Assembly: GCA_964503445.1 (NCBI GenBank)
Contig: CAZCZM010000003.1
Coordinates: 869-64,868 of the forward strand
DNA length: 64,000 nucleotides
Source of the DNA: an uncultured Bifidobacterium sp.
Lineage (GTDB): Bacteria; Actinomycetota; Acidimicrobiia; Acidimicrobiales; Ilumatobacteraceae
Reading direction: 5' to 3'
Part shown: positions 27,665-37,900 of the stretch, piece after piece
Layout of the letters: every line of letters begins with the position of its first letter
How positions within the stretch are numbered: position 1 is the stretch's first letter
Notes under the pieces: model-generated
Told to the model about the DNA's origin: nothing
Seen by the model: the letters and a program-made list of their open reading frames with translations, nothing else
Database searches by the model: none
Program-made: the position numbers and the translations under genes

Positions 27665-28254
27665 TTGGAAGTCTTCGCGGTGTTGTTCTCGAGAGGTCTG
27701 CGCCATCCACTGTGCTGTTAGAAGTTGCTGGTGTGGGCTATCTCTGTACTGTCACAACACAGACGTTCGCAGAACTTGAACCAACGGTGAACGCATTTTT
27801 GTACGTGCATCATCACATTCGTGAAGACGCACAGACGTTGTACGGATTTCTCACTCATTCAGAACGAGACACATTCAATATTCTTATTTCAACGCACGGA
27901 ATCGGTCCGGCAATGGCCATGTCAATTTTGGCAACGTACTCACCGTCGGCGCTGGTGTCGCTTGTTGCCTCCCACGATGTTGCTGGTCTGACCGTTGTTC
28001 CCGGTGTCGGAAAGAAAACAGCAGAACGCCTCATGGTCGAGTTGAAGTCACGGTTGTCGGTTGATTCAGTGTCAGACACAGGTGCTCACGCCGATGTGCA
28101 ATCTGCTGCGGCAGATGTTCGTGAGGCACTTACTGCATTGGGATATGGTGCCGATGAAATACGCGACACCATGCGCCAATTGACATCGTCAGAGGGCACC
28201 GAATCCATGTTGCGCGATGCGCTTGCATTGTTGGGGGCGCGTCGTGCGGGATGA
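27661..28254 (+). CDS. ruvA: Holliday junction branch migration complex subunit RuvA
   Basis: MIGSLRGVV.. OB domain followed by HhH motifs ([23 protein letters not shown]). GTGA overlap with ruvC. Confidence 0.9.
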   Translation: MIGSLRGVVLERSAPSTVLLEVAGVGYLCTVTTQTFAELEPTVNAFLYVHHHIREDAQTLYGFLTHSERDTFNILISTHGIGPAMAMSILATYSPSALVSLVASHDVAGLTVVPGVGKKTAERLMVELKSRLSVDSVSDTGAHADVQSAAADVREALTALGYGADEIRDTMRQLTSSEGTESMLRDALALLGARRAG

Positions 28255-29236
28255 GTTTTTGAATCCAACTCATGTGTCAGATACTGAGATGTCTGACGAA
28301 GCAGGCCTGCGTCCGCGACAACTCGATGAATTTGTTGGTCAGCGTGAACTAAAGGAGCATCTCGACATTGTGTTGGGTGCCGCCAAACAGCGTGGGCAGG
28401 CTGCCGATCACATCTTGCTCGCTGGTCCTCCTGGTTTGGGGAAAACAACAATGGCTGGCATTGTTGCGGCAGAAATGGGTGTTGCTCTTCATGTCACCAG
28501 TGGCCCGGCATTAGAACGTGCTGGTGATCTCGCGGCAATTCTCACCAAACTGGGTGAAGGCGACGTGTTGTTCATCGATGAAATTCATCGCCTGTCCCGC
28601 TCTGTTGAAGAAATTCTGTATCCCGCCATGGAAGATTTTCAGATTGACATCGTGGTGGGCAAAGGGCCGGCTGCATCGTCAATTCGCCTCACGCTGCCAC
28701 GATTCACTTTGGTGGGTGCTACCACGCGAACGGGCATGATTACGGGCCCACTTCGCGACCGATTTGGACTGGTTGCGCGTCTCGATTTTTACGACGCCGA
28801 CGAATTACACGCCATCGTCACCCGTGCAGCACGAATTCTTGATGTGCCCATAAATGATCATGCTGCATCGCAAATCGCCCGTCGTAGTCGCGGTACACCT
28901 CGTATTGCAAATCGCCTGTTGCGACGTGTCCGTGACTTTGCAGAAGTTCGTGGTAACGGTGTGATTGATGACAGCACAGCAACTGAGGCGCTTCGAGTCT
29001 TCGGTGTTGACGAACTGGGTCTCGACAAGGTCGATAGAGCAATTCTGCGGAGTTTGTGTGAACAATTCGAAGGCGGGCCCGTCGGGCTCACCACATTGGC
29101 AATTGCGGTGGGTGAGCAACCTGAAACTGTTGAAGATGTCTACGAGCCATTTCTCATTCAGTTAGGGCTCATCGCGCGCACGCCACGCGGACGTATTGCT
29201 ATGGATGCTGCCCGTTCCCACATTCAACGCCCTTAG
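28244..29236 (+). CDS. ruvB: Holliday junction branch migration DNA helicase RuvB
   Basis: [12 protein letters not shown], Walker [10 protein letters not shown], Walker [10 protein letters not shown] and sensor [19 protein letters not shown] 28244 overlaps the ruvA end. The ORF-track start is 28217. Confidence 0.95.
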   Translation: MRDEFLNPTHVSDTEMSDEAGLRPRQLDEFVGQRELKEHLDIVLGAAKQRGQAADHILLAGPPGLGKTTMAGIVAAEMGVALHVTSGPALERAGDLAAILTKLGEGDVLFIDEIHRLSRSVEEILYPAMEDFQIDIVVGKGPAASSIRLTLPRFTLVGATTRTGMITGPLRDRFGLVARLDFYDADELHAIVTRAARILDVPINDHAASQIARRSRGTPRIANRLLRRVRDFAEVRGNGVIDDSTATEALRVFGVDELGLDKVDRAILRSLCEQFEGGPVGLTTLAIAVGEQPETVEDVYEPFLIQLGLIARTPRGRIAMDAARSHIQRP

Positions 29237-29245
29237 TCTGTTCGG

Positions 29246-30247
29246 GTGCATATCTCCCAGATTGATTACGTTCTCCCTGAGGAGCTCATTGCGCAGAAAC
29301 CCATCGAGCCACGCGATGCAGCACGGTTACTAGTGGGGGAAGGCGACGCTTTTTCTCACCATCACGTATCGGATTTACCTCAGTTTGTGCGCCCCGGCGA
29401 TGTCATCGTTGTGAACGACACTCGCGTTCTTCCCGCACGGCTTCCCCTGCAGCGAAAAACTGGCGGTGCGGCAGAAATCTTGTTGCTCGAGCGTCGGTCT
29501 GACGATGCGCGATTGTGGGAAGCATTGGTGAAACCTGCACGCAAATTGAAAGACGGTGAAATCCTTGAGTACTTCGGAAAGAGGGTTGTACGCGTCGGGC
29601 CCCGCACCGAAGCAGGGGACACCTTTGTTATTGAAGTTCTCGATGATGACCCACTTGCTTTGATTCAGCGCATTGGTCTTATGCCGTTGCCTCCGTATAT
29701 CAAGGGGTCTCTGACCGATCGTGAGCGATATCAAACGGTGTATTCAAATAATCCCGCCAGTGCTGCAGCTCCAACTGCAGGACTCCATTTCACACCCGAG
29801 CTTCTTGAACGCGTTGAAGCAGTCGGTGCTGTGGTGAAGCGTGTCGAGCTGATTGTTGGACTCGACACGTTCAAGCCTATTTCCACCGATAATCCGCTCG
29901 ACCACATCATTCATACCGAGTTCTACAACGTCCCCGAGGACACAATGGATGCATGCCGGAATGCGGAACGGGTTATCGCTATCGGTACCACAGCAACTCG
30001 TGCTTTGGAGTCAGCTGCAACCACAGGTGAATTGTCGGGCCGTACTTCGCTCTTCATCACTCCGGGTTATCAATGGAAAGTGGTGGACGTCATGCTTACA
30101 AATTTCCATTTGCCTCGAACTTCGCTTCTCTTGATGATTTCCTCATTCTTTGGCAATGCATGGCGCGAGTTGTACAACGCCGCAATTGCCGAGAAGTATC
30201 GTTTCTTGTCCTTTGGTGATGCCATGTTGATTACGCGGAAGAAATAG
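29246..30247 (+). CDS. queA: tRNA preQ1(34) S-adenosylmethionine ribosyltransferase-isomerase
   Basis: Carries the QueA signatures FDYVLPEELIAQKP, VVNDTRVLPARL, PLPPYI, SAAAPTAGLHFT and IAIGTTATRALES. Confidence 0.95.
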   Translation: MHISQIDYVLPEELIAQKPIEPRDAARLLVGEGDAFSHHHVSDLPQFVRPGDVIVVNDTRVLPARLPLQRKTGGAAEILLLERRSDDARLWEALVKPARKLKDGEILEYFGKRVVRVGPRTEAGDTFVIEVLDDDPLALIQRIGLMPLPPYIKGSLTDRERYQTVYSNNPASAAAPTAGLHFTPELLERVEAVGAVVKRVELIVGLDTFKPISTDNPLDHIIHTEFYNVPEDTMDACRNAERVIAIGTTATRALESAATTGELSGRTSLFITPGYQWKVVDVMLTNFHLPRTSLLLMISSFFGNAWRELYNAAIAEKYRFLSFGDAMLITRKK

Positions 30248-30249
30248 AA

Positions 30250-31347
30250 ATGTTTACGATCAAGTTGGAGCGCACGGCAGAGAGTGGCGACGCCCGTACT
30301 GGAGTTGCGCACACACACCGCGGAACGTATGAAACACCATGTTTCATGCCGGTGGGAACACGTGGTGCAATCAAATATCTCAGTGCGCGAGATTATGAAG
30401 AACTCGGTGCACGAATTGTGTTGGGTAACACCTACCACCTCATGTTGCGTCCTGGCGCAGATGTCATTGAAAGTTTTGGCGGACTCGGTGCATTTGCAGC
30501 GTGGAAGGGCCTCACACTGACTGACTCCGGCGGATTCCAAGTGTTTTCGTTGGATCCCAAGGTGGATGACGACGGAGTGACATTTAAGTCCACCTACGAC
30601 GGTTCATATCACCGATTCACTCCCGAGATTGCCGTCGCAACGCAAGAGAAGATTGGCGCTGACATTCAGATGGTTCTCGATGTCTGTACGTCACTTCCCG
30701 CCGAACCACATGTTGTTCGACTTGCCCTAGAACGCACCAGCGAATGGGCCGCGCGCGCACGTGCTGCACATACTCGTCCCGACCAATCTCTCTTTGGAAT
30801 TGTTCAGGGTGGTACTGATGCCGCCATGCGTGCAGAGAGTGCGCGTCGAACAGTTGATATTGGGTTCGACGGGTACGGAATTGGCGGGTTGTCGGTGGGG
30901 GAGACACGCGCCGAGATGGTTGATGCAATCGGCGCATGTATTCAGTATTTGCCAGCCGATCAGCCCCGCTATCTCATGGGTGTGGGTGATCCTGCTTCAT
31001 TGGTAGAAGCCGTTGCGCTGGGTGTCGACCAATTTGACTGTGTGCTGCAGACTCGTCTGGGTCGACATGGCACGGCTTTGACGTCAACCGGCAAAGTTCA
31101 CATCAAAAACGCGAAGTACACCAATGACGACTCGCCTCTGGATGAAGCGTGTGCGTGTTGGGTGTGTACAACACACAGCCGTGGATATCTCCGCCATCTC
31201 ACCCAGGTGGGCGAACCAACGGCGGCTCGTCTGGTGTCAATTCACAACGTGGCATGGACATTGGCGTTGATGGCGTCGATGCGGTCCGCAATCGCCGATG
31301 GATCATTTGCGGCTCTTCGGCAATCAATTCTTGACATTTGGGGATAA
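30250..31347 (+). CDS. tgt: queuine tRNA-ribosyltransferase
   Basis: Has LGNTYHL, TDSGGFQVFSL (catalytic Asp), GYGIGGLSVGE and the Zn site CACWVC..H. Confidence 0.95.
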   Translation: MFTIKLERTAESGDARTGVAHTHRGTYETPCFMPVGTRGAIKYLSARDYEELGARIVLGNTYHLMLRPGADVIESFGGLGAFAAWKGLTLTDSGGFQVFSLDPKVDDDGVTFKSTYDGSYHRFTPEIAVATQEKIGADIQMVLDVCTSLPAEPHVVRLALERTSEWAARARAAHTRPDQSLFGIVQGGTDAAMRAESARRTVDIGFDGYGIGGLSVGETRAEMVDAIGACIQYLPADQPRYLMGVGDPASLVEAVALGVDQFDCVLQTRLGRHGTALTSTGKVHIKNAKYTNDDSPLDEACACWVCTTHSRGYLRHLTQVGEPTAARLVSIHNVAWTLALMASMRSAIADGSFAALRQSILDIWG

Positions 31348-31392
31348 GGCGTAGGGGTCCCATTGGGGTGCTCACGGCTAGTATGACCCCTC

Positions 31393-31734
31393 GTGAATGC
31401 AATCCTCCTCGCAGAAGAATCAACGTCCAGCAGTTCCCCCGTGGGCATCATCATCGTGTATGTGGTGCTGTTTGCTGGAATGTACTTCGTCTTCCTTCGT
31501 CCTCGTAATCGCCGCATGAAGGAAGCTCGCGCTCTTGCTGCGTCTCTCGCGGTAGGCGATGAGGTGGTGTTGAACTCAGGAATCTTCGGCTTCGTCTCTG
31601 ACATTGAAGGTGATGTGGTGTGGCTCGACATTGCAGATGGCCACGGATCTGAGCGCATTGAAATTCGCGTTACTCGATCATCTGTCGCACGCAAGATTGT
31701 TCCCACTGCGTCTGATGACACAAACGGCAAGTAA
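31393..31734 (+). CDS. yajC: preprotein translocase subunit YajC
   Basis: Single TM helix followed by FLRPRNRRMKE..LAVGDEVVLNSGIFG, the YajC signature. TAGTAT lies 8 nt upstream of GTG 31393. Confidence 0.85.
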   Translation: MNAILLAEESTSSSSPVGIIIVYVVLFAGMYFVFLRPRNRRMKEARALAASLAVGDEVVLNSGIFGFVSDIEGDVVWLDIADGHGSERIEIRVTRSSVARKIVPTASDDTNGK

Positions 31735-31743
31735 CGGGTAACT

Positions 31744-33267
31744 ATGTCCCGTCGCCGACTTCTTTTTCCACTCATTGCCACGCTGGTTTTGTCGGCGGCA
31801 GCATTTGTTGGCAACGTTCTCGCTGGAAATGTGCCGTCCCTTGGCCTCGACCTTCAGGGTGGCGCATCTGTCACGATGACACCCAAGGGCGACTATGAGC
31901 AGCAGGCACTTGATGTCGCCGTAGAAATCATTCGCCAGCGAGTGGACTCAATCGGCGTCGCGGAACCAGAAATTCAACGCCAAGGCGACAGCGTTGTGGT
32001 GAACCTTCCTGGTGTGAAGGATCAGCAAAAGGCGCTCGACCTCATCGGACGTACGGGCGCAGTCGAGATGCGACCAGTCGTCAACTTGGCGGAAAACCCA
32101 GATCAGACAACAACGACCACAGCAAAGCCCGGGGCAACCACCACAACATCGGCTGGTGGAACATCTACATTGCCGCCGCCAGCAGGTGGCGTCGGAAGCG
32201 CGCGCATTTCTGTTGACGAAACCACAACAACAGTGGCTGCATCTGAGGATGAACCAGATCTCGAACAGGTCGCAGAAGATGATGGTGAACTGAAGCCAGG
32301 TCAAACCATCCTTCCTGGTCGTAAGGACGGATTGATTTACTTGTTGGGGCCAGCTGAAGCCACGGGAGAAGTGTTCAACAACGACCCGTCCGTGCAGGTT
32401 GAAGGCGGAAGTTTCTCCGTTGTTGCCAATCTCAAGTCTGGACCCTTTGGTGAAGACCTCTGGAATTCTTTGGCGCGGAAGTGTTACGACGGCGGGGAAG
32501 AGTGTCCCACCAAGCAGATTGCAATCGTGCTTGACGGCGAAGTCATCTCTGCTCCTACGGTCCAAACTCCGACCTTCAGTGGTTCGGTGTCCATCACTGG
32601 TGGATTCACTCGCAGTGAAGCCGACGAATTGGCAAAGATTCTTCAGTTTGGCGCAGTGCCAGTGCAGTTCGATATCCCCACCGTTCAGACAGTGTCTGCA
32701 ACATTGGGTAAAGACTCATTGAATGCGGCAATCATCTCGGGATTGTTTGGTGTGTTCCTGGTGTTGGCGTATCTCATTTTCTATTACCGCCTCATTGGTG
32801 CAGTGGTGATTGCTGGCATCGGCATCACCGGTCTTTTGCTCTGGAGTGTGGTGTCATGGCTGTCAAAGACAAACGGCTTAGCTCTCACCTTGTCTGGTGC
32901 CGCGGGAATCATCGTGTCGGTGGGAGTCACGGTTGACTCATACGTGGTGTTCTTTGAACGCCTCAAGGACGATGTCCAGGCTGGTCGTACATTGCGCAAC
33001 TCCGCATCACGAGGATTTGATTCAGCGTGGCGAACCATCCTCATTGCCGATACGGCGTCATTAATTGGTGCATTGGTGTTGTGGTGGCTCACAGTGGGTG
33101 CAGTGCGCGGATTCGCGTTCTTCTTGGGTCTCTCCACACTCATTGACCTCATCGTCTCGTACACATTTACGCGTCCGCTTGTGTTGTTGTTGGCGCGTAC
33201 CAAACTTTTCAATAATGGAAAAGTTTTGGGTGTTCGTGAGGCTCGTGCAACGGAAGAGGTGGCGTAA
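31744..33267 (+). CDS. secD: protein translocase subunit SecD
   Basis: Has LGLDLQGG, a periplasmic domain and a C-terminal 6-TM RND-like bundle. Contains a Thr-rich insertion. Confidence 0.9.
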   Translation: MSRRRLLFPLIATLVLSAAAFVGNVLAGNVPSLGLDLQGGASVTMTPKGDYEQQALDVAVEIIRQRVDSIGVAEPEIQRQGDSVVVNLPGVKDQQKALDLIGRTGAVEMRPVVNLAENPDQTTTTTAKPGATTTTSAGGTSTLPPPAGGVGSARISVDETTTTVAASEDEPDLEQVAEDDGELKPGQTILPGRKDGLIYLLGPAEATGEVFNNDPSVQVEGGSFSVVANLKSGPFGEDLWNSLARKCYDGGEECPTKQIAIVLDGEVISAPTVQTPTFSGSVSITGGFTRSEADELAKILQFGAVPVQFDIPTVQTVSATLGKDSLNAAIISGLFGVFLVLAYLIFYYRLIGAVVIAGIGITGLLLWSVVSWLSKTNGLALTLSGAAGIIVSVGVTVDSYVVFFERLKDDVQAGRTLRNSASRGFDSAWRTILIADTASLIGALVLWWLTVGAVRGFAFFLGLSTLIDLIVSYTFTRPLVLLLARTKLFNNGKVLGVREARATEEVA

Positions 33268-34382
33268 TGGCTGGTCGTTGGCATCGCCTGTACAGCGGTG
33301 AAACCACAATCAATTTTTATGGTCGGCGAAATGTCGGCTTTATTGCATCTGGCCTTCTTCTGGTGGTGACGGTGGGTTCACTGCTTTTCCAAGGGCTGAA
33401 TCTCGGAATCGATTTCACCGGCGGCATTGCTTATGAAGTTCCAATGAAGTCGGAGTTGACAGTTGAAACTGCAGAGAAAGTTCTTGAAGACAACAAAGTT
33501 GACACCTCGGGGGCAAAAATACTGACGCTTAGTTCGGGCTCCGAACAGCGCCTTCGAATTCAATTTGACGTAGTCGAAACAAAAACCGAAACCGCAATCA
33601 AGGAACAACTTGCCAAGAAGGCAGATGTTGACTTGCAAGAAGTCAGTGTTGAAAAGGTTTCCGCAACGTGGGGTCGCAACATTACGTGGGATGCAATTCG
33701 TGCATTAGCAATCTTCTTGCTCTTGGTTTCACTCTTCATTGCATGGCGGTTCGAGTCACGCATGGCCATCGGGTCGTTGGTGGCTGTTGTCCATGACGTT
33801 GTCATCAGCGTTGGTGTGTATTCGGTGTTGCAGTTGGAAGTAACTCCTTCCACCGTTGTCTCATTTCTCACCATTCTTGGGTTCTCGTTGTACGACACCA
33901 TCGTGGTGTTTGACAAAGTGCAAGAGAACGTCACTCGTTTCTCGGGATCACGAGTGTCGTACGGAGACATCGTCAATGTGTCGATGAACCAGGTGCTCAT
34001 GCGATCACTCAACACCACAATCTCGGCCGTGTTGCCTGTTCTCAGTTTGTTGGTGCTTGGAGCTGGCGTGTTCGGCGCGGTTTCGCTCCAGGAATTCGCT
34101 TTGGCGCTGCTTATTGGTATGGCAGTGGGTGCATATTCGTCGATCTACATCGCCACGCCAATATTGGGAATGCTCAAGGAGCGTACGCAAGAGTTTGTGC
34201 AGTTAAAGGGTCGACTCTCGCTTGGAGCTGACTTGGCACAACTGATGGCGACGGGGGCTCCGGTCAGTCGCCGCGCAGCCTCACGTCAGGATGTCTCTCC
34301 TTCTCGGACCACGTCTGAGACGGCAGCAGTAGATGCCATCCTCAGTCATCCTCCACGGCCTCGCAAGAAGTCCAAACGATAA
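33267..34382 (+). CDS. secF: protein translocase subunit SecF
   Basis: Has GIDFTGG and a 6-TM bundle with YDTIVVFDKV. TAATG overlap with secD. Confidence 0.9.
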   Translation: MAGRWHRLYSGETTINFYGRRNVGFIASGLLLVVTVGSLLFQGLNLGIDFTGGIAYEVPMKSELTVETAEKVLEDNKVDTSGAKILTLSSGSEQRLRIQFDVVETKTETAIKEQLAKKADVDLQEVSVEKVSATWGRNITWDAIRALAIFLLLVSLFIAWRFESRMAIGSLVAVVHDVVISVGVYSVLQLEVTPSTVVSFLTILGFSLYDTIVVFDKVQENVTRFSGSRVSYGDIVNVSMNQVLMRSLNTTISAVLPVLSLLVLGAGVFGAVSLQEFALALLIGMAVGAYSSIYIATPILGMLKERTQEFVQLKGRLSLGADLAQLMATGAPVSRRAASRQDVSPSRTTSETAAVDAILSHPPRPRKKSKR

Positions 34383-34391
34383 ACTGCAGAC

Positions 34392-36611
34392 ATGGCCACT
34401 GCCGACCGCGTTCTTCCGTGGAGACGGCACCATAGTGCGCCCATCGAGGAGATTGCTCCTCTGCTCACTGCCTATCGCAGGAGGCACCCAAAGGCTTCAG
34501 TTGCGTTGGTGAATAAGGCATACGAAGCTGCCCGCGTCGCTCACCTCAGTCAACAACGTTCATCGGGTGAGGCATACATCAACCATCCCATCGCAGTTGC
34601 CCGGATTGTTGCAGATATCGGTCTTGACGATGTTTCTTTGGCCGCTGCATTGCTCCATGATGCGGTGGAAGATACCGAAATCACATTGCAAGATGTTCAG
34701 CTGCATTTCGGGGACGATGTAGCAGCGTTGGTCGATGGTGTCACCAAACTTGAACGCCTGCAATTCGATTCTCGCGAAGCACAGCAAGCAGCCACTATGC
34801 GCAAGATGTTGGTCGCAATGGCGCGTGACATGCGCGTATTGGTGATCAAGTTGGCCGATCGACTACACAACATGCGTACGTTGGCTGGCGTTCCCATTGA
34901 AAAGCAGCAGCGAGTGGCGCAAGAAACGCTCGATATCTATGCACCCTTGGCGAATCGCCTTGGCATGCAAGAAATCAAACAACAACTCGAAGACCTATCT
35001 TTTGCGGCTCTTTATCCCAAACGATTTGCTGAACTAGATCATCTGGTGTCGTCTCGTACTCCAGAACGCGACGTGTATCTAGAAAATGCAATCACAGAAG
35101 TACGTAGCCGTTTGGCTGAAGTGCATATCGTTGCCGATGTCACTGGCCGCGGAAAGCACTTGTGGAGCATCTACGAAAAAATGGTGCAGAAGGACAAAGA
35201 CTTTGACGAAATCTTTGACCTGGTTGCAATTCGCATCATTGTCGACAGCGTGCGTGATTGTTACGGCGCATTGGGATGCATTCATGGAAAATGGCGTCCG
35301 GTTGTGGGTCGGTTCAAGGACTACATTGCAATGCCTAAGTACAACTTGTATCAGTCGCTGCACACCACGGTCATCGGGCCTGGCGGTAAGCCGCTTGAAG
35401 TGCAAATTCGAACTCGTGACATGCACGAACGTGCCGAGTGGGGAGTAGCTGCGCACTTTTCGTACAAGCAAGGAACACAGCCAGGTGATTCTGATTGGCT
35501 GAATCGAATCATCGATTGGCAATCAGACATCACTGATCCCAACGAGTTCATGGCGGGTCTGAAGAGTGACCTTGAACAAGAAGAGATTTTCGTTTTTACT
35601 CCGAAAGGTCGCGTCATCACGTTGCCGGTCAATTCAACACCCGTTGACTTCGCCTATGCAGTTCACACCGAGGTGGGGCATTCGTGTGTGGGTGCGCGTG
35701 TGAACGGAAGATTGGTCTCTCTCGATGCATCACTTGCGTCGGGCGATACGTGTGAAATCTTCACATCAAAGGTGGAAGGTGCCGGTCCATCGCGCGATTG
35801 GTTGGGATTTGTGCAGTCAGCGCGAGCGCGCACGAAAATCAAGAGTTGGTTCACGCGCGAACGTCGCGAAGACATGGTGGAGTCTGGGCGTGAAGAACTC
35901 ACTGCAGAGTTGCGCCGCGAAGGTTTACCTGTACAACGCATCTGGACCAGCGATGCGTTTTTGCAAGAACTTGAAGCGCTCAATATGTCCGATATCGACA
36001 CTCTGTTCGCGGCAATTGGCGAGCATCATGTGTCGGCGCGGGGATTCGCGCAGCGCATTGGTCGTGCCATGCGTCAGGAGGGGAGTGATGAGCAGCTCGC
36101 CATGCCAATGCGTGTCGATCGTCCCACCACCGATCGACGCAGTGCAACAGGAATTCATGTTGAGGGATTAGAAGATGTGTTGGTGCGACTGTCGCGTTGT
36201 TGCACACCCGTACCAGGTGACGAGATATTGGGCTTTGTCACGAAGGGACGAGGGGTCAGCGTGCATCGAGCTGACTGCGCAAATGCTGTGTCGCTCGTGG
36301 AAGATGAGCCCACGCGGATGATCGATGTTGAATGGTCTCGGGCGATGCCAGGCACCATGTTCACTGCAGGTGTCGAGGTGGTGGCGCTAGATCGCAGCCG
36401 CCTGTTGCGAGACGTCTCTCATGCGCTATCCGAACAGCACGTCAATATTGTTGCGTGCAGCACGAGTACTGGGTCTGACCGAGTTGCGAAGATGCGATTT
36501 GAATTCGAATTGGCTGACCCCAACCACCTCGAGGCGGTTTTACGGGTGATTAAGTCCATCGATTCGGTGTACGACGCATATCGCATCGTGCCTGGGGGCT
36601 CGCCCGACTAG
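34392..36611 (+). CDS. relA: bifunctional (p)ppGpp synthetase/hydrolase (Rel/RSH)
   Basis: Has the HD hydrolase domain (HPIAVA..LLHDAVEDT), the synthetase domain (DLVAIRIIV, YQSLHTTV), TGS and ACT domains. Confidence 0.95.
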   Translation: MATADRVLPWRRHHSAPIEEIAPLLTAYRRRHPKASVALVNKAYEAARVAHLSQQRSSGEAYINHPIAVARIVADIGLDDVSLAAALLHDAVEDTEITLQDVQLHFGDDVAALVDGVTKLERLQFDSREAQQAATMRKMLVAMARDMRVLVIKLADRLHNMRTLAGVPIEKQQRVAQETLDIYAPLANRLGMQEIKQQLEDLSFAALYPKRFAELDHLVSSRTPERDVYLENAITEVRSRLAEVHIVADVTGRGKHLWSIYEKMVQKDKDFDEIFDLVAIRIIVDSVRDCYGALGCIHGKWRPVVGRFKDYIAMPKYNLYQSLHTTVIGPGGKPLEVQIRTRDMHERAEWGVAAHFSYKQGTQPGDSDWLNRIIDWQSDITDPNEFMAGLKSDLEQEEIFVFTPKGRVITLPVNSTPVDFAYAVHTEVGHSCVGARVNGRLVSLDASLASGDTCEIFTSKVEGAGPSRDWLGFVQSARARTKIKSWFTRERREDMVESGREELTAELRREGLPVQRIWTSDAFLQELEALNMSDIDTLFAAIGEHHVSARGFAQRIGRAMRQEGSDEQLAMPMRVDRPTTDRRSATGIHVEGLEDVLVRLSRCCTPVPGDEILGFVTKGRGVSVHRADCANAVSLVEDEPTRMIDVEWSRAMPGTMFTAGVEVVALDRSRLLRDVSHALSEQHVNIVACSTSTGSDRVAKMRFEFELADPNHLEAVLRVIKSIDSVYDAYRIVPGGSPD

Positions 36612-36622
36612 CCTTTCCCGTC

Positions 36623-37900
36623 GTGCCAACATTCTCCACAAGTCCGGGAACCCGCGACATCCTTCCGCCTCAAGCTGGTCGTTGGCGCGCCTTCACGTCC
36701 GTCTTTGCCGATGTGGTCGAGTCGGCTGGCTACGAATGTGTGATTCCCCCCATGTTTGAAGAATTGGGAGTCTTCTTACGTCTAGGTGATGCCACCGATG
36801 TTGTGACGAAAGAGATGTACGACTTCGAGGACAAAGGTGGTCGCCATATTGCGCTTCGTCCCGAGCACACCGCCGGAATCTGTCGTGCATTTGCACAACA
36901 TCGCCCCACCACCCCATGGAAAGTGTGGTACTCAGGTTCCAACTTCCGATACGAGAAGGCGCAAGCTGGTCGATATCGACAATTTGATCAAGTAGGCATC
37001 GAAGTTCTTGGGCCAAGTGACCCGCTGTTAGATGTTGAAGTCATTTCATTGGGTTGGCATTTTTTTGCCGCACTCGGATTAAAGAATGTCGATCTTGCGG
37101 TGAACTCATTGGGTGACCCTGGCGATCGTGCTGCCTACATCGACGCACTGAGCGCATATCTCAACAGTCGGTCCGCTGAACTGTCAGAAGAGGCGCGTCT
37201 CACTCTGCAAAAGAATCCGCTTCGCGTGCTCGATTCAAAGCGAGAACAAGATGCCAGTGTTATTGCGGAGGCTCCCACCATCGACGCGTTCTTGAGCGAT
37301 GATGCGCGAACTCATTTTGATGCAGTGACGAGTGGTTTGTCGCTCCTGGGAATTCCGTACCGAGTCACTCGCGGGCTAGTGCGTGGCCTCGACTATTACC
37401 AACGAACTGTTTTTGAATTTGTGTCAACGTCGCTTGACAATGCCCAGACTGCAATTGGCGGAGGGGGCCGTTATGACGGACTCGTTGAAGACTTGGGTGG
37501 ACCATCAACTGCTGGCGTTGGTTTTGCATTAGGTGTTGACCGTACTTTGTTGGCCTGCGACAGCGAGTCTGTTTTTGCAGCACCATCGTCTGGTGTTGAT
37601 GTTTTCGTGATTGATGTTGTCGACGGAATGGCAGCAGTGCGACTGACCGAAGTCGTTCGTGCCGCTGGATATCGCGCAGATCGCGCCTTCGATGGTCGCA
37701 GTATGAAATCGCAAATGAAATCAGCCGATCGTGCAGATGCACGTTTAGCTGTCATCATTGGTGCCGACGAAGCAGAAGCGGGCACCTGCACAATTCGTGA
37801 TTTGCTCACATCAGAGCAATCGGTTGTGCTGCAATCTGACATTCTCCAGCACATTTCGCTCATTCTTGGCGAACGAACACCCCGAAGGGCAACCTTATGA
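36623..37900 (+). CDS. hisS: histidine--tRNA ligase
   Basis: Has GTRDILP, the class II motifs (FRYEKAQAGRYRQFDQ, GGGRYDGL) and an anticodon-binding domain. Confidence 0.95.
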   Translation: MPTFSTSPGTRDILPPQAGRWRAFTSVFADVVESAGYECVIPPMFEELGVFLRLGDATDVVTKEMYDFEDKGGRHIALRPEHTAGICRAFAQHRPTTPWKVWYSGSNFRYEKAQAGRYRQFDQVGIEVLGPSDPLLDVEVISLGWHFFAALGLKNVDLAVNSLGDPGDRAAYIDALSAYLNSRSAELSEEARLTLQKNPLRVLDSKREQDASVIAEAPTIDAFLSDDARTHFDAVTSGLSLLGIPYRVTRGLVRGLDYYQRTVFEFVSTSLDNAQTAIGGGGRYDGLVEDLGGPSTAGVGFALGVDRTLLACDSESVFAAPSSGVDVFVIDVVDGMAAVRLTEVVRAAGYRADRAFDGRSMKSQMKSADRADARLAVIIGADEAEAGTCTIRDLLTSEQSVVLQSDILQHISLILGERTPRRATL

